Of a DNA stretch of 64,000 bases, positions 24,474-40,662 are shown piece by piece. Both the position numbers and the translations under genes were made by a program. The notes beneath the pieces were generated by a model. The model was not told where the DNA came from, made no database searches, and saw nothing but the letters and a program-made list of their open reading frames with translations. How positions within the stretch are numbered: the stretch's first letter is position 1; every line of letters begins with the position of its first letter. Source of the stretch: Octopus sinensis (Eukaryota); contig NC_042997.1 of assembly GCF_006345805.1 (NCBI RefSeq), positions 107,446,001 to 107,510,000 on the forward strand. Direction: 5' to 3'.

Positions 24474-27400
24474 TTAAGGATTGGGAATCAAGCAGGATCT
24501 CATTGGGTACATTCTCCGGATCAATACTAAAAGAAAACAAAATTTATTTGTAATTAATTGGGTTAAACATGTCATTGCTCTCAGGGAAAATACAAGTGTG
24601 TTTCAATAGACACCACAGATTGAAAAGTTTTAGATGAAAGTCAAAGAGGAACGTGAGAAATGGTGACTTTTGGAAGCTATTTTATTTCTGTCTAAATCTT
24701 GTTCTATTTAACAATTTGAATAGTTATTTGGTATTGAGGCAGCAGTTAAGGAATCAATAAATGTTCATTGATCTATATGGAGAAATGCTTTACCTAAATT
24801 CTAAAATCTTTATTCAGCTGATTTGATTTGGTAAGCACTAAGCTTCATTTTATTTGTGGATTGTAAATTTACTCAGCAGATATCCTTAGATTAAAACAAC
24901 AGTCGTTGTTGTTGTTAGCGGCTTTGTTGAAATGTTACTGGTGTTTGTTGTGAGTAATTTATTGATGCTTTACATTAGGGTTGTTTGTGTGAGTAGCTCT
25001 TTCTTGGAACAGTAGCTGAGTACTGTGTAGATATTGCAGAGGTGAGGAGTTGTATTAGAAAGTTTGTTTTTGAGTAGTTGGTACTCATTGGGTTGATGTG
25101 AGGACTTGGTACGCTGTATAGTTTTTATTCTTTATTGAGAATATTAATATTAGTGGTAGCTATTGTTGAAGAAGTTACTTTGAGGATGTAATATCGTGTC
25201 AGGACACTCAGTGCATGTCGCAGTTAGTTGTCAGAGGAACTCTGGAGTATTGCTGCCAATATTAAACTGGATTAGACTGCCTCAGTTATATCTCTATGTT
25301 CCAGTTTCAAATCCTGCCAAGGCTACATTTGTCCCTTTAAACTAAATTCTAGCAATGTTTTTGTTTCTTATAAACCTTTGGCCTCATTAGACAGAATTTC
25401 ATGTGATAATATAAAGGTGCAGTAGCAGAATTGGTAGTTTTTGTGATAGTAACTGCCTAATGGTATTTAGTTTTGTCTTTCTACATTCCGAGTTCAAATC
25501 TTGCTGGGTCAAATTTGCCTTTCACTCCTCTGAGATCAGTAAAATAACTATTAAAAGATAACTGAAGTTGAATTATTTAAGTATATTTCCCTTCTTAAGC
25601 ACACTTAATGCCTATTCCAGTGTGAGGGATGAATATTGGTTAATAGAGATGGGGTGGGTTTGACAGAAATAGTAAAGTGCCAAATGAAATTTCTTAGTTT
25701 ATTCTTGGTTAAAAAATCAATCTCCTGAAAATTTATAAAATAAATACCAAAAAATAAGTTGGCTTCATTTAAATAATTCCACTCCTACAAATTAAGGGTT
25801 CTGTTTAAGGATGGTCTGAAAATCAAAGGGGGACATCACAAGCTGAAGATGGCATCTTAAGCTAAGGGAGACATCAAAAGCTAACTTCATCTAAAAGAAA
25901 TAACTTGGTATTTTCAAATTAAAAATAGAATTTTACTTGATTATGGAATGAAAAGGCTAAAAGTAATTAAAATGCTTGTAGTAATACTGCTGTTTGTTCA
26001 CAAATTTTCGTTAAGAATAAATAAAAAAACTGTTTAAAGAAATTGTTTTAATTATTGAAATAGGTTGTTAAATGTAGAATTGTTAGCATAACATGAAAAA
26101 ATAGTTGTTTTAGATAATTTGAGCTTTGCTTAGTTTAGAAGGTTACTTCACTTTCACTGACAAATTTAGATATTTCAAGAAATCTGATGTGATTGATTTT
26201 TTAAAAATGATTTTACATCAATTTATTGGGGCAATTACTTTTGGAACTGGGTATACGTCCTACCACTTTCCACTCAGCTGGAGCAAATAGATCTCAGTGC
26301 TTTGCTCAAACATATAAGACAATGGAAGTTGTAAAATTTGAACTTATGACCTTGAAGTTGCTAGGCCAACACTTGAACCTTACTGGTAACAAAAAATAAA
26401 AAATGAAGTAATAAAATTTAATTTCATAGTGGCCTGTTGTCAGAAGACAAATTTTTTTTATCTGAATAAAAAATAAATGATTCTGAAGTATTTGAGATAT
26501 TAAGTTATTGCAATAATTAGTTTCTCTTGAGATTATTACAAACCTTTGCAAGTTTCTAATTAATAATCATATTGATTAATTTAATAATTGTTGATTGTTG
26601 TTTTTATTGTTAAGCATTTCCACCAATTATGAAAACTGTCAATCACAAACAGTTAAATATTAAACCATTAAAACTGATATTAGTGTTTTATGTGAGATGA
26701 AGGTGCCAGGCTTTTAACTACATTGTCATGTTTGAACCTTATTGCGACAGCTGTTGTGTTGTGGCCATAATTCTGTTTCCCTCAGTTGATCTTACTAACA
26801 CCAGAAGACTTGAGTTGTACTTTGCTATAAATAATGGGGTTAACCATGATATTACATCCAGCTGTTAAACTAATCACTCCAACAGGAAACAACTTTGTAA
26901 AAGCACCATTCTATTCCTGCTAGCATGATCTATGGATATAGAACAGTTTGGTCAAAAAAAATATATCTCTGGTTTTCTTTTACATATTTCTGGTTCAGCA
27001 CTAAATTTCTTTGTTGGCCATTTTATTGCCATCATAAATTATCATGATCCCCCCCCCCATTTTTTTTTTTAATCTTACACCAGAACATTGATGAGTGTGA
27101 TATATTATTAAATATAACAAATGATCATATTCCAAATGTTTTTTGTTTGGTTTTGAAAATAAAATAAATTTAAAACTGACATCTTTTTTTTTTATTCTTT
27201 TGGTTTTTTTCATGGTATCAGTTTTATTACTTTTTTATTTTCATTTTAATCTGTTAAGTTATGTCTTGTAACTTACAGACAGTTTATGCAGTAAGGGATA
27301 GATATGAAAATTTATTGAGTCTAGTGACATTTGGTAAAGAGATACAAAGTGGTTTGAAAACCAGCAACAGATAGCAATGCATAGAACCTTGGGAAACTAA

Positions 27401-27989
27401 ACAAGAACAATCCACTCCAAAGGCTTAAATCCAGATTGAAATTACTGTTTTGAGATGCCTACAGATTATGAAACAGAGGTCACCTTTTAGGCTTTTACTT
27501 TGAAAGTATTGACTCCAGTTTCATTTCAGTCATGGAAATATGGGTACATTCTTTACTCTGTGATGGTGTTTTTAGCATGGCTAGTTACATCTTGTTTCAG
27601 AAAGACCACTTAATCATTGTTGGGTGGTGTGATGGTTTGTGCTTGGACATGTTTTTCAGCAACTCCTTGCAATGATATAAAGCAGTTGTAGCAAAAGATA
27701 TATTTCTGCAACATTCCTCTAAGCATATCAACCGTTTTACTTGGAGTTGTTTACCATGCCACAAGTTACCCCATCAAGACTGCTTTTTGACTTTCTCAGA
27801 GTTGTATCTATGAAAACAGCTACTTGTCTTTTCATTCTGGTCATTTCAAGGTGACACTGTTCGATTTGTAGGAAAGGTGTTGGCAGGAACTTCATACAGT
27901 GTAACCAGTGTCAGCTTTGGGCACACAAGAGGTGTAGTGGATTAATCAGAAGGTTATCAGAGAAGGTAGTGTTCGTATGTGGAAGATGC

Positions 27990-28898
27990 ACATGAACCAT
28001 TCAGAAAATTGATTCTCCCAAATGCCTTGGTCGCTCATTAGAGGTAGTAAATAATTTCTGCAACCCAGGGGACCAAATTAGTAGCAGAGGAGGACGGGCA
28101 GAGAGTGTAATAACTAGAATAAGAATAGGATAGAGGAAATTCAGAGAGCTGTTACCTTTGTTGGTCATGAAAGGTTTCTCCCTCCGAGTGAAAGGAAGAT
28201 TGTGTGATGCATGTATAGGGACAGCAATTCTACATGGCAGTGAGATGTGGGCCCTGAATGCAGAGGACATGTGAAGGTGAGGGTGGAATAAGGCCAGTAT
28301 GCTCTGATGGGTGTGTAATGTAAATGTACATGTTTGACAGAGTGTTAGTGTTTTGAGAGAAGTTAGGCATAAGAGGAATTGTTTGTTGTGAGCAAGAGAG
28401 AAGACTGTGCTGGTTCGGTCATGTGATGTGGATGGATGCCGACAGTTTCATAAGGAAGTGCCAATCTCTCAAAGTAGATGGAACACGTGGAAGTGGGAGA
28501 CCCAGGAAGATATGGGACGAAGTACTGAAGGGCGACCTCAAGACACAGAACCTTCCAGGCGAGATGACAAAGGACCAAGATGTCTGGCGCTTTGCTGTAC
28601 TCAGGGAGACCCGTGCTCTGCAGTAGAAGCGTTAAGACCGGTCTCCCTGGGGGTAAGGATTGGCCTGTAAGAATCCTGTACCAATATCACGTAAAATGCA
28701 CTCGTGGCGGCGCCCGTGCGGGATCACGTAAAAGCACTCAACACACACTAAAGTGGTTGGCATTAGGAAGGGCATTCAGTTGTGAGAAACAATTCCAAAT
28801 CAGACTGGAGTCTGGTGCAGCTCCCCAGCTTGCCAGCTCTAGTCAAACCGTACAACCCATGCCAGCATGGGCAATGAACGTTAAATGATGATGATGAT
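27990..28898 (+). mobile_element. RTE LINE 3' end followed by the SINE-shared (GAT)n tail
   Basis: VKGRLCDAC, LHGSEMW, RGSGRPRKIWDE motifs, then the same 3' tail as the SINEs. Confidence 0.8.
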
Positions 28899-29739
28899 CA
28901 GAAAACCCCTAAAACCCTACAAAGTGTAAATTGTTTCCTTGACTGGAGTCAAACTGGTCCCAAGTGATTACATCCTCCACAAGAAATCACAACAATTTGG
29001 ATCTGTTATTGACCATTACTCCTGAAACTTATCAGCTTCACGTGTGAGGCCCTTTTAGCCAGCTCTGATCTCACTAGGATCATTGCCAGTTTGTCACTTT
29101 TGGACCGAGAAAAAAGGAAAGACCTCCTTCAAATTGTTTAATTTGACTGTAACAATGCTGACTGTAACTCTTATTGTACTGAGTTACTGCAGCCAAATTG
29201 GCCGGTATTTTACGGCTCTCGAAATGTCAATACTAGCCTTTAATACATCTGGGCCACATGTGAAGTATCAGTACGATATAAAGGCGTTAGAATCCTCCAA
29301 AGCACAATGTGAGGGACTGCAGCATTCAGACTTGTCAGAAAAGCACAATGAGATGCTGATCGTGAATACTAATTAAATAGAACAGAAAAAAAAGGTGCAA
29401 CAGAGCAACTAACCTTATCAAGCAGGTGACTAACAAAAGCAGTACTTGAACATAGCAACCAACCTGGATAGTAAATTGTCCTGGAGATATATGTGTTCAA
29501 AACTCTCCAGTCAGTTCTCTTTGCAATCTCTACATAGGTCAATAGTATCATCTTTACTGCGACTGGCACCAAATTACATAACATATATTGATTTTCTCTT
29601 GCAATGCTGCGATTTCACTTTAAGCCTAAGTGTGACTATGCTTGCCCTAGTCTTGGTGGTGTTATTTATCTGCTTGTTAAATGTGGAGGCCTCTTTCTAC
29701 TGTGCCAACTTTCACTCCACTCTCTGTTCTGCCTTAAGA

Positions 29740-30445
29740 TAACCGTGTTACTCCAGAACTGGAATACTGCCAATGTTATTCCATGCTCAAGAAATATGAC
29801 GACACATCACCTCTCAATTACTGTCCAATCAGCCTCACAAACTGTCTCACCAAATTAGTGGAATCTTGTGTCAGAAAAATACTCAGAACCTCTAGAACTC
29901 TTGTAACCTTGTTCATGGGTAGATGTTATCTACTTCGACTTCGCCAAAATCTAATTCTGTGCCATACAAACTATTTATGTCGAAACACTTTGCAATGGAA
30001 GCGAGAGTTAATCTTTATAACTGGTCCATGATTCTTAGTTCAAAAGAGGTAGTCACAGCACTAGGTTGACATTCTGCACCTTGTGAGCCAACATTTGATG
30101 TCCCATAGAGATCTATTCTTGGTTCCCTATTGTTTGTAGCATATACTAACAAAAGAGAAGCCAATTCGAAGCATGTTATTATGTTAAAATATGCAGACAA
30201 CATTAAGATGTACCTTGAGATAAAAAAAAAAACAAAAACAAAAACATGTCCTCTACGTTACAGATCTTTCCTGCAAAACGACCTTGAAACAATGAAGAAA
30301 TGGATTGCTGACAGGCAACTCAAGCTGACTGTAGACAAATGCATCACTATATATTTTAGTAGGAAATTCCTGGAATTTACCTATTCCCTCTACAACACAA
30401 ACTTTATGAAGTCTGCTGGCGAATATGACTTAGGTATTAATGTTA
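29740..30445 (+). mobile_element. Decayed CR1 LINE RT fragment
   Basis: NYCPISLT, LKYADNIKMY, QLKLTVDKC; same family as the copy at 23433-24297. Confidence 0.7.
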
Positions 30446-30599
30446 TCAACTACATTTGTTTCTTTTTGTCCTCTATAATCATATTTAGCCTCCTTGCTTC
30501 AGTTGTATGATCAGTCTTTATGGGAAAGTCCCGTAAAATAATTCCGGTTCTCTGCCACAGCCTCCACTTCATGTTCATACCGTTTCTCTGTCATTTTGA

Positions 30600-31560
30600 G
30601 CCCACATACTCGGCTAACGCCCCAATGCACTCTTTTGTATACAGTCAGACTTGCGTTTATACTGTTTTTGTGCTAGCTTAGAGCATTCACTCATAAAACG
30701 GTTAATACTTTCGTCTCCTTTCCTACAGATTCTACGTTTGTTCTCTGACGTTTGTCAGTCTTTGCCTTTATCAGATTTGTCCTAATGTTTTTTTCTTGAT
30801 CGGTTATAATTAGCACTTTAGTTTCTCACTTCAGGTTCCTGTCGGTCAGTCAGTTTACTTCCAATTCTTGGTTTGTTGTATGAATCGGCCATGTCATTCT
30901 ATTTCTTTCTCTCTGCTTGCTCTTTTGTTCTTCCTCTTGTTCTTGAATTCTCCGATTGAGTCAGTAATTTTTTTGGACAATTCTAGCTGCTGAGTCTGTC
31001 GGTATTACTTTTAGGGTGGTGTGCATTGTGCAATTCATACAGCTACCCTTGGTCTTCTACCAAAATTTTGAACCTTTTTCCTATTTCAGTAGAACATCTA
31101 AATACTGGCATAGCCCATGTATTTATTACTTTAATGATATTCCTTCCATTTAAAATTGCACCCTCTTTAAGGCTTCTCTTGTACTCTTTAGTGGCTTTCT
31201 TATTCATTTCTCCTTCGTTTTGCAGTACTCCAAGATACTTGTATCCCCCATTATTCAATAGAGGTTTAATGATATTGTCTTGTGATTATTTTGTGTGTTA
31301 ATCCTTCGTGATCAACACTGAATTTATTTACCTCAAATCGCATTCCAGTATCTTTGCTGAATACTTTTTCTGTTTGGATTAGAAAATCCAGGTCTTTTTC
31401 CATTTTTATATACAGCTTGAGGTTATCCATACAGAGCGGGTGATTGATTTTCACCTTGGTTTTGGTAAACTCATAGCCAGACCAGAATTTTTTCAGTATA
31501 CTTTACAGAGGGATTAACACAAAAATGAAGAGTAACTGAGACAGCGCATCTCTCTGGAAA
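30600..31560 (-). mobile_element. Decayed R4/Dong-like non-LTR RT fragment
   Basis: INHPLCMDNLKLY, YKYLGVL, LNGRNIIKVINTWAMPV. Confidence 0.65.
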
Positions 31561-31899
31561 ATCCTCATATTTCCTATCAGAAAAACACCCTCCTTACAGA
31601 TAATGTTCTGAAGGGTTCTCGGTTTAGTCGCCAACGGCCCAACTTTGTAGATACTGATCTGATATCAATCCCTTCAGACACCTCTTGTCATGGTTTTGAT
31701 GGGGAGAGAAATATAACGCGCTTGGGTTGATGAGATAAGGGAGAAGAGAGGAAAAAATAAAGGTGGGAAACTACGGGTTTCATAGTGCGAGCTTAGCGCT
31801 AGTAAATCCACATAGCAGAGGTGGTTTCGCATCGGCCGCAAAGAGAGGAGGAAAATTTTATTGCTAGAAATAGAAATCTGCTAGAAATAGTTGGTTTCA

Positions 31900-32400
31900 T
31901 TGGACAAATGTAAAGTTCTCTGAATTGACTCTCAGTCGCTTTGCATGGTTCAATGCCTCATCAATTTCTTTTGTATTTCTTCCCGGTTGTTGTCTTCACC
32001 AAACACAATCTCAAGTCATCACTTTTATCTCTGAGTATTGATGGTATCCAAGTTTTTCATTTACATGTATTCGTACATGGGCTCCTGGTTCAAACGATGA
32101 GGTGTTTTTCCTGCCTATTGGCCATAAACACTTTTTAGTAGCCTTTGGCACTTAGCGGTACATCCCGAACTTTAAATGTCTTTTATTCATGAGGGTACAA
32201 TAGCTGACATGATGCAGACAAATTCGTCCCCGAACGACAGTTTATAAAGAGTTGCGTACATTGCTTCCATTTCAATTTTAATTTTTCCATTCGATTTAGG
32301 GAATCGTGGAACTGAATGTAGTATGATGGCAGTCCTACACTTTGGTAACCTCTCTGAATTCAGCAGACTATATTTGTGAGGCATTGTTTGAAATCAGGAT
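31900..32400 (-). mobile_element. Decayed Gypsy integrase fragment
   Basis: PRFPKSNG resembles the P.yPqSNG integrase motif; heavily degraded. Confidence 0.4.
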
Positions 32401-32805
32401 ATTTACTATTCCACATGAGACGAAACCTGATTTTAAATTGTTTACTTCTGTGAAACTAGTTTGATCTCTTAACTGTTTTACTTTTGTAAACTCGAGCATA
32501 TACTTATGTTCATCGGTTGTGTATACGTGGGTAGGTGTCTTCTGCTATAGCCTCGGTCCGACCAAAAACTTTGTGATTGTATTTTGGTTTTGGGAATTAT
32601 ATATAATTTAATAAACAATATGTATTTTTATGCGCTGCTATTAGTTTCACACGATGAAAGCATGGCAGACAGTATTTTTTAACATGTATGGTGTCCACCA
32701 GAAAGTAATCGCAGCACATAAAAACATATATTGTGTTTATTAAATAACATTTATCTCTCGCCAGATGGAGGACTTTTTTGTGGATCTTACCATCACGGAA
32801 CACTA

Positions 32806-32905
<100 letters not shown>

Positions 32906-32909
32906 GTAC

Positions 32910-35110
32910 ACATACACAAAAAGCCGACAAAATTAAGAAAGAACTGCATCACTACTTTAAAAACCTGCACTTCTCTATCACAGTAGAAACACAACTACAG
33001 TCAGTAAACTTCGTAGATGTTACCTTCGACCTGGAACCCAGTATCAATAAGCCCAAGGAGAAATATAACGAAAAACATTCAGTTGATACATAAAACAATC
33101 TAACTACGCCAAAAGCATTATCAAAAGCCTAGTAAAGAACATTTCACTCAGATTTTCCTCTCTATCTTCAAATGAAAAGCATACTAAACGAAATAGCAAC
33201 TCCGTATAAAGAAACTCTCAATAACAGCAGTTACAAGGGAAAAGTGCAACATATAAACAACAAACCTCCTACAAGTAATGAAATACGTGAGCATATCAAA
33301 GAGGAAAAAATCATCTGGTTTAATCCCTCTCTTTAACATATACGTATTTACATCAATAGCTAAATTATTTTTCAAAATACTGCAAAACACTTCCACCACA
33401 ACCACAAAAACTTCAAACTAATAAACAAACACAATGTTAAATTCTCATACTCCACTGCCTACAACTTTGAAAAGCCTGTAGTCAATTACAATCACCAAAC
33501 ATTGTCTAAAAGTGAAAACGTGAACCATTCACATAATAACAATTGTAATTATAGAACACATTCATTCTGCCCTCTTGAAGGAAACTGTCTTTCAAAAAAT
33601 ATTACGTACAGCGCAACGGTAACCGCGAGCACAGCACAAACAACTATATCTACATATGTATAGAATAGACAGCAAACCAGTTCAAGACATGCTACAATCA
33701 ACATACACACATGCTACAATCAACATTACGCAACCCAAACAAGTAAAATTATACGCCACTATCCTAACATAAAATTTAAAAAAATACTCTGTTTAGCATA
33801 AACTGGAAAATATCACACGCACAACCATACAAAGGTAACGACGAACCTACCAACTTTATACTACATTCTCAAGAATCTTCCCACATTCTCACGTTGAAGA
33901 ACCAAGTTCTGAACCAAAATTCTGAACTAATCTCTTCATGCAAGCACAAACTCATAAAAACGTTAAAACATTTCACACTAATATTTTTTTGACGGATAAA
34001 CATGTAAATATTTACCAGTTCCCCTCCCTCTACTTACACCGTGAACTACCCCCATAATATACATAAAAAACACTTTTACGACTTTACACTAAACAGCTAC
34101 TATGGAAATCATCTAAAAGTTTCCCCTATCTCCAACCGAAATCTTCACAAAAGATATAATAATATAAGTCCACAAACCTACAATAAGCACTCAAAAAAAT
34201 AAATGCTTGCATGCAAGTTAGAATAACCATTTCTTTTTTAATTTTAAATTTCAAATTTTGAAATAAATTTTTTTAAAATTAAATTTTATTTTTATTTCAT
34301 TTTTTATACATGAGTATATATACACCTTTTATAAATCCCCACTTTCGCATATATCCAGAGGCTTAAAATAATATATTATAAAATACTCACGTTTGAAACA
34401 GAATTGAAACACTTGGCGCACATATTCTACCCCCATAGCACAGGTTAAAATTTCTTCATATTAACCAAATTGCTTATGGAGCAATAAATCCCTAAAGGCC
34501 AACAGCCTTTACACCTGTCCAAATCCTTTTAGAACATCAAAGCACAAAATAAACAAATTTCTATATTAACAACATCATCACATACCTGACTAACAAGCCC
34601 TACCTTCCAAATAAATAAGGGAAATACTCTAAATGACTGCAACAATACTGACTGCTAACATTCTGTTACCAAGATTCTATTACCAAACACTTGACTCTCA
34701 GTTACTAAGATTTTAAATACTGGGCTAAACTCCGAATTTTTTACCTTTGCATTGTCAAAGCATAGGGTTAAATCTAACAAAAACCCAAAATAACTAAAAC
34801 TACTGGAAGATCATAGACATACCTACCAAAAGGAACACATTCTAAATATTCTCACAAAACTCTAAATACATGAATAAACAATAACATAACCACAAATTTA
34901 ATCAATAAAAACTTCTTCAAAACACCTCTCCATAACAACCCACCCTAAAACCTAATTACCACCCCACTCAACCCTATACATCCAAGGAAGATTTTAGCCC
35001 CACAGAAACTGTAAAGAATCAAAATTAACTTCAATGCATCGCAGTCAGACGATGGCTTAGGTGGCCGACACTTCGAAGTCACTGTCAATGATATTCTTGC
35101 TTAAGAAGAA
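32910..35110 (+). mobile_element. Penelope-like element remnant (RT thumb, GIY-YIG, long 3' region)
   Basis: VNFVDVTFDL, IIWFNP, CPLEGNCLSKNITYSATV, LNQNSELISSCKHK with frameshifts. Confidence 0.75.
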
Positions 35111-35479
35111 TATATTTGTACTCTTCAAGAGTATAGAGTAACCTATCCGATGAATGTGAAATTGTTTTTATTGTAACTGAACATGTGTGTGTGTGCATGT
35201 TTTTGAAGCTGTTTGCACCCCCCCACCTTGATAACTGGTGTCGATGTGCTTATGTTCGACTTAGCGGTTCGGTAAAAGAGGTTGATAGGATAAGTACCAA
35301 GCTTAAAAAACAACTAGTCCTGAGGTCGATTCGTTCAACCAGAATTCTTCTAGGCGGTGCTCCAGCATGGCTACAGTCTAACGATTGAAACAAATAAAAG
35401 AGAAAAGAGAAAAGAGATATGTGCATATCTATGTAGTTGCGGATAAGATTGTGCGACATTCATGCTTCACTAAACGTGT

Positions 35480-35516
<37 letters not shown>

Positions 35517-36032
35517 AAGTCTCTCCGAGCCGCCGTAGTACGAGCTGCGGTAAATACTAGTCTCACTCCTGGAGATTAATCAAATGTAGAAGGATGATGT
35601 AGAGAAGAGGCGACGTATTGGGCTACTTTAGTCACAGACTTCGTTTCGATTCTGGTTCGGAGCAATTCCACAGTGTCGTTAATGTTGTTCGGAGAGCTAT
35701 AAACATTACTACTCACAATTTTTGTATCCAATGTAAAGATGAAACTCTTCTCCCAATCTCTTAACTAAATTCGTACGAATTATTTTCTATTCTTGCCGCC
35801 ATTTATTACTCGTATTTCTGATGTTGCTACCGTTTGGAACTTGTGTGATCAATCCACGACTGGTGCTAGATCTCAGGGATTGGCTTGCAACGGAGTAAAA
35901 CTCACAAATAACATTCCTGCATACACACACGCGCGCGCCCGCATACACACACACACATACATACATACATACATACATACATACATACACACATACATAC
36001 ATACATACATACATACATACATACATACATAC

Positions 36033-37495
36033 AATGCATTTGCAGTACCAGTGCTGATCCCAACATTTGGGATACTTGATTGGTCTGTAGAGGAAATCCA
36101 CTCCATAGATATAAAAACCCGCAAAATCCTGACAACAACTGGGAACTTCCAGAGAAACAGTGATGTTGACAGGCTCTACCTAAGAAGAAATGAAGGTGGT
36201 AGAGGCCTGAGATCAGTACAGACGGCCTTCGAATGCCGTATAATATCACTCAGGCAGCATCTGTTAAACAACACCATCAAAAATAAATATATATAAATGC
36301 AGTGCTGAAAAGTGAAGTGAGCACTGATATGTCCTGCATTATGGCGACGTATTCCGTCGTCTGCGTGACTAGACCCAACTGCGTACCTCGCTGACTGACA
36401 CTACTTACTGAATCTGTTCACTATTTATTAGTAGTGGACCAGCCCACTTCTCAGCTGGGGGCGTCCGCCACAATAGCAACATTGTACAAGTTGGCAGTGA
36501 GCACCTCAAGAAGCATGATTTCCTATACAGCCCCCAAACAGCTGGGATCTCTTACTTCAGAGAAGACCTGGATGGAGAGCACTCAGCATACAAAAAAAAA
36601 AGAAAGAAAAGAAAAGGACTATGCATAGATATGTTGTCCGGAAGCTTGAAGAAGACAGTAGAATTTACACGAAGTGCAACCTCTTTATGACACAAGACCA
36701 CTACATCACATCACACTTTGAGGGCACGCATTGCAGGAACAGGAAATTGCCACAAAGTACCTGGTGAACAAGAGAGACAGTGACGCTCTTGTAATCCTAA
36801 GGTGCAATCACATGTGTAGGCTATGTCATGTTTCTGTGGAAGACATCACGCATGTGATTAGCTGCTGTCCTAAAATGTCGCCATGGCACTACATCCCTAT
36901 GCGGCACTATGTTTTTACTAAAACAATTTACAGTGCCATCCGCAAAAAGATTATTCTGAAATAAACTTAGAAAATCCCTCCGTTATGGAATACATTCATA
37001 AACACCAACTCAAGGAATACTGGTGGAACATTCCCATCAAAACTTCTGTCAAATGTAAGCATAACAGGCCGGATATTGTTGTTTGGGACGGAGAGCCATA
37101 TGTATGTACCATCATGGAGGTCAGCTGCCCTGCGGATATAAATATCCCTTTGAACATCGAAGAAAAAGAGGATATCTATGGACACCTGCTTCGAAACCTC
37201 CAGTTTCTATATCCAGGCTATGAATTCATATTCATACCAATAATAATTGTTAGTAACTGCTTAAAGGAGAATCTGGATAAACTAGGATTTTCAGAAAGAG
37301 AAATTGACCAACTAATTCGTACATTATAAGTGTAATCTATGAGTGGAACAGTAAAAATATGTGAGATTTTTTTCAAGTTCCAAATGTGAATTTTTCTGTG
37401 TTAAGTACATCCCAAAGATGGAGCCTTGTATCTATGTTGGAAACCGGTTCTCTCCTCAGTGGAAGATTTATAACAATTAAAAAATAGAAGAGATG
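36033..37495 (+). mobile_element. 5'-truncated R4/Dong-type RLE retrotransposon inside (TACA)n
   Basis: NAFAVPVL, DVDRLYLRRNEGGRGL, CRLCH...EDITHVISCCP, HNRPDIVVWD, EVSCP...EEKEDIY; (TACA)n on both flanks. Confidence 0.88.
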
Positions 37496-38149
37496 CATAC
37501 ATACATACATGCACATATGCATAACATACATACATACATACATACATACATACATACATACATACATACATACATACATACATACAACCAGGATATTGCT
37601 CTCACTTGGGAAGATATACTTTTGCAATACAAGAGCAGGAAATAACAAAATATCTGATGTACAACATCTACGCCGAACTGATGAGAAATTTGTAGTTACT
37701 CCATCTGGATCATAAGTTTAGATTTCTGCCAATAATTATTGGTAGTTAACTGACTCAGTACCAATCTTGAGAAGCTGAGTTTGATAAAACCACAGAGAAA
37801 GCGTCTGATCAGAAAGTTACAGCTATAAATAGTCAGAGGCACTGTCAAAATATGTAAAACATTCATAAAGTTTAGAGTGTAATAAGATCCACATATTCAA
37901 TAACATCCATGCATGCACGCATGTATACATGTGTAAATGCATACACGCATGCATACAAATGTACGTGCATGCATGTGTACGTACATACATACGCAAACAC
38001 GCATACAAGCATACACACATACACGCATAAGTCCATGCACATAAACACATACATGCAAGCACGTTTGCACGTAAATGGTGAGAACAGACACAACCTCATA
38101 TGTAAACAAAAAAAAATTTATCGCGCGCGCGCACACACACACACGCACA

Positions 38150-38760
38150 GACACAGAGTCGCGAAAATGATCGGCGGTTTACATATCTCCAACCTCGCTT
38201 CATAGATTCAGATATCGTATTGATCTGTTTAATCACTCTGTCGACCTTCACCTGTAAAGTCGTACCTAACCGCCGCTGCTGCACTTACCTTGCTGTTGCT
38301 GTTGTTGTTGCTGTTGTTGTTGCTGTTGTTTGTGTTGTTACTGCTGCTGTTTGTGTAGCGAGTTATTACTTGCCATCCCACTTCTCTCGCCACACACGCA
38401 CATCCTTACACGTAACTTTAATCCTTCCCAATACACCAGTCAGTTCGGTCGTCGACGAATGCTACAAACTCATTGCTTTGTTTAAAAACAATTCTGTTGT
38501 AGTTTTATCATTTTCCATTCTTACAAAAGCAACAAAAAACATCCCCACCCACCCCACTTTGTTCACGGTAAAAGTTCAATTAATTTTCTGTACAACTGAT
38601 CGATCAATTAGTCCAGAAAATCTACCTGACCGATTAAACGACCAAACGATTGCAACAAACCCAACCCGTGACCACCACAAAGAAAAACAACTACAAAAAC
38701 AGTGGTTTTATATAGTCTTTGTTTTTGCTTTGTTTATGCTGTTGTACTTTGGTTCGAGAC
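38150..38760 (+). promoter_or_regulatory. Promoter/5' UTR region of the calbindin-like gene
   Basis: CpG-retaining unique sequence, CCAAT near 38428, initiator-like TCAGTT at 38440-38445, A/C-rich leader. The TSS cannot be proven from sequence. Confidence 0.35.
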
Positions 38761-38887
38761 ATGGCGTCAAATGACCGAGTGAACCGCAGTGCGAACTTTC
38801 TGAAACAATTTCGCGACGGAGCTGGACAGTTCAAGAAAATCACGGCAAATCAGTTTATGGATGTTTGGAACCATTACGACCAAAATG
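38761..38887 (+). CDS. Calbindin-32/Cbp53E-like EF-hand calcium-binding protein (calbindin/calretinin/secretagogin family), first coding exon
   Basis: [42 protein letters not shown]+G then GTGAGG donor (phase 1). Closely resembles Drosophila Cbp53E NFMRQYRD...[19 protein letters not shown] (from memory). Confidence 0.88.
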
Positions 38888-38913
38888 GTGAGGTGGACAT
38901 TTTGCTATTTTAC

Positions 38914-40336
<1,423 letters not shown>

Positions 40337-40341
<5 letters not shown>

Positions 40342-40662
40342 TCAGTGGTTAGAGCGTCGAGCTTACGATCGTGAAGTTGTGAGCTCGAATCCCGGACCGG
40401 GCTGCGTGTTGTGTTCTTGAGCAAGGCACTTTATTTCACGTTGCTCCAGTTCACTCAACTGTAGAAATGAGTTGCGACGTCACACGTGCCAAGCTGTATC
40501 GACCTTTGTCTTTCCCTTGGATAACACTGGTGGTGTAGAGAGGGGAGGCTGGTATGCATGGGCGACTGCTGGTCTTCCATAAACAACCTTGCCCGGACTT
40601 GTGTCTAGGAGGGTAACTTTCTAGGTGCAATCCCATGGTCATTCATGACCGAAGGGGGTCTC
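40337..40662 (+). mobile_element. tRNA-derived SINE, near full length
   Basis: A box TGGCTCAGTGG and B-box-like GCTCGAATCCC, then a non-tRNA body and an A-rich tail. Confidence 0.8.

Noticed and set aside
38220-38774. 184-aa hydrophobic ORF that looks like a membrane protein
   Set aside because: Driven by (GTT/GCT)n repeat and UTR sequence; non-ATG start; different frame from the calbindin-like exon.
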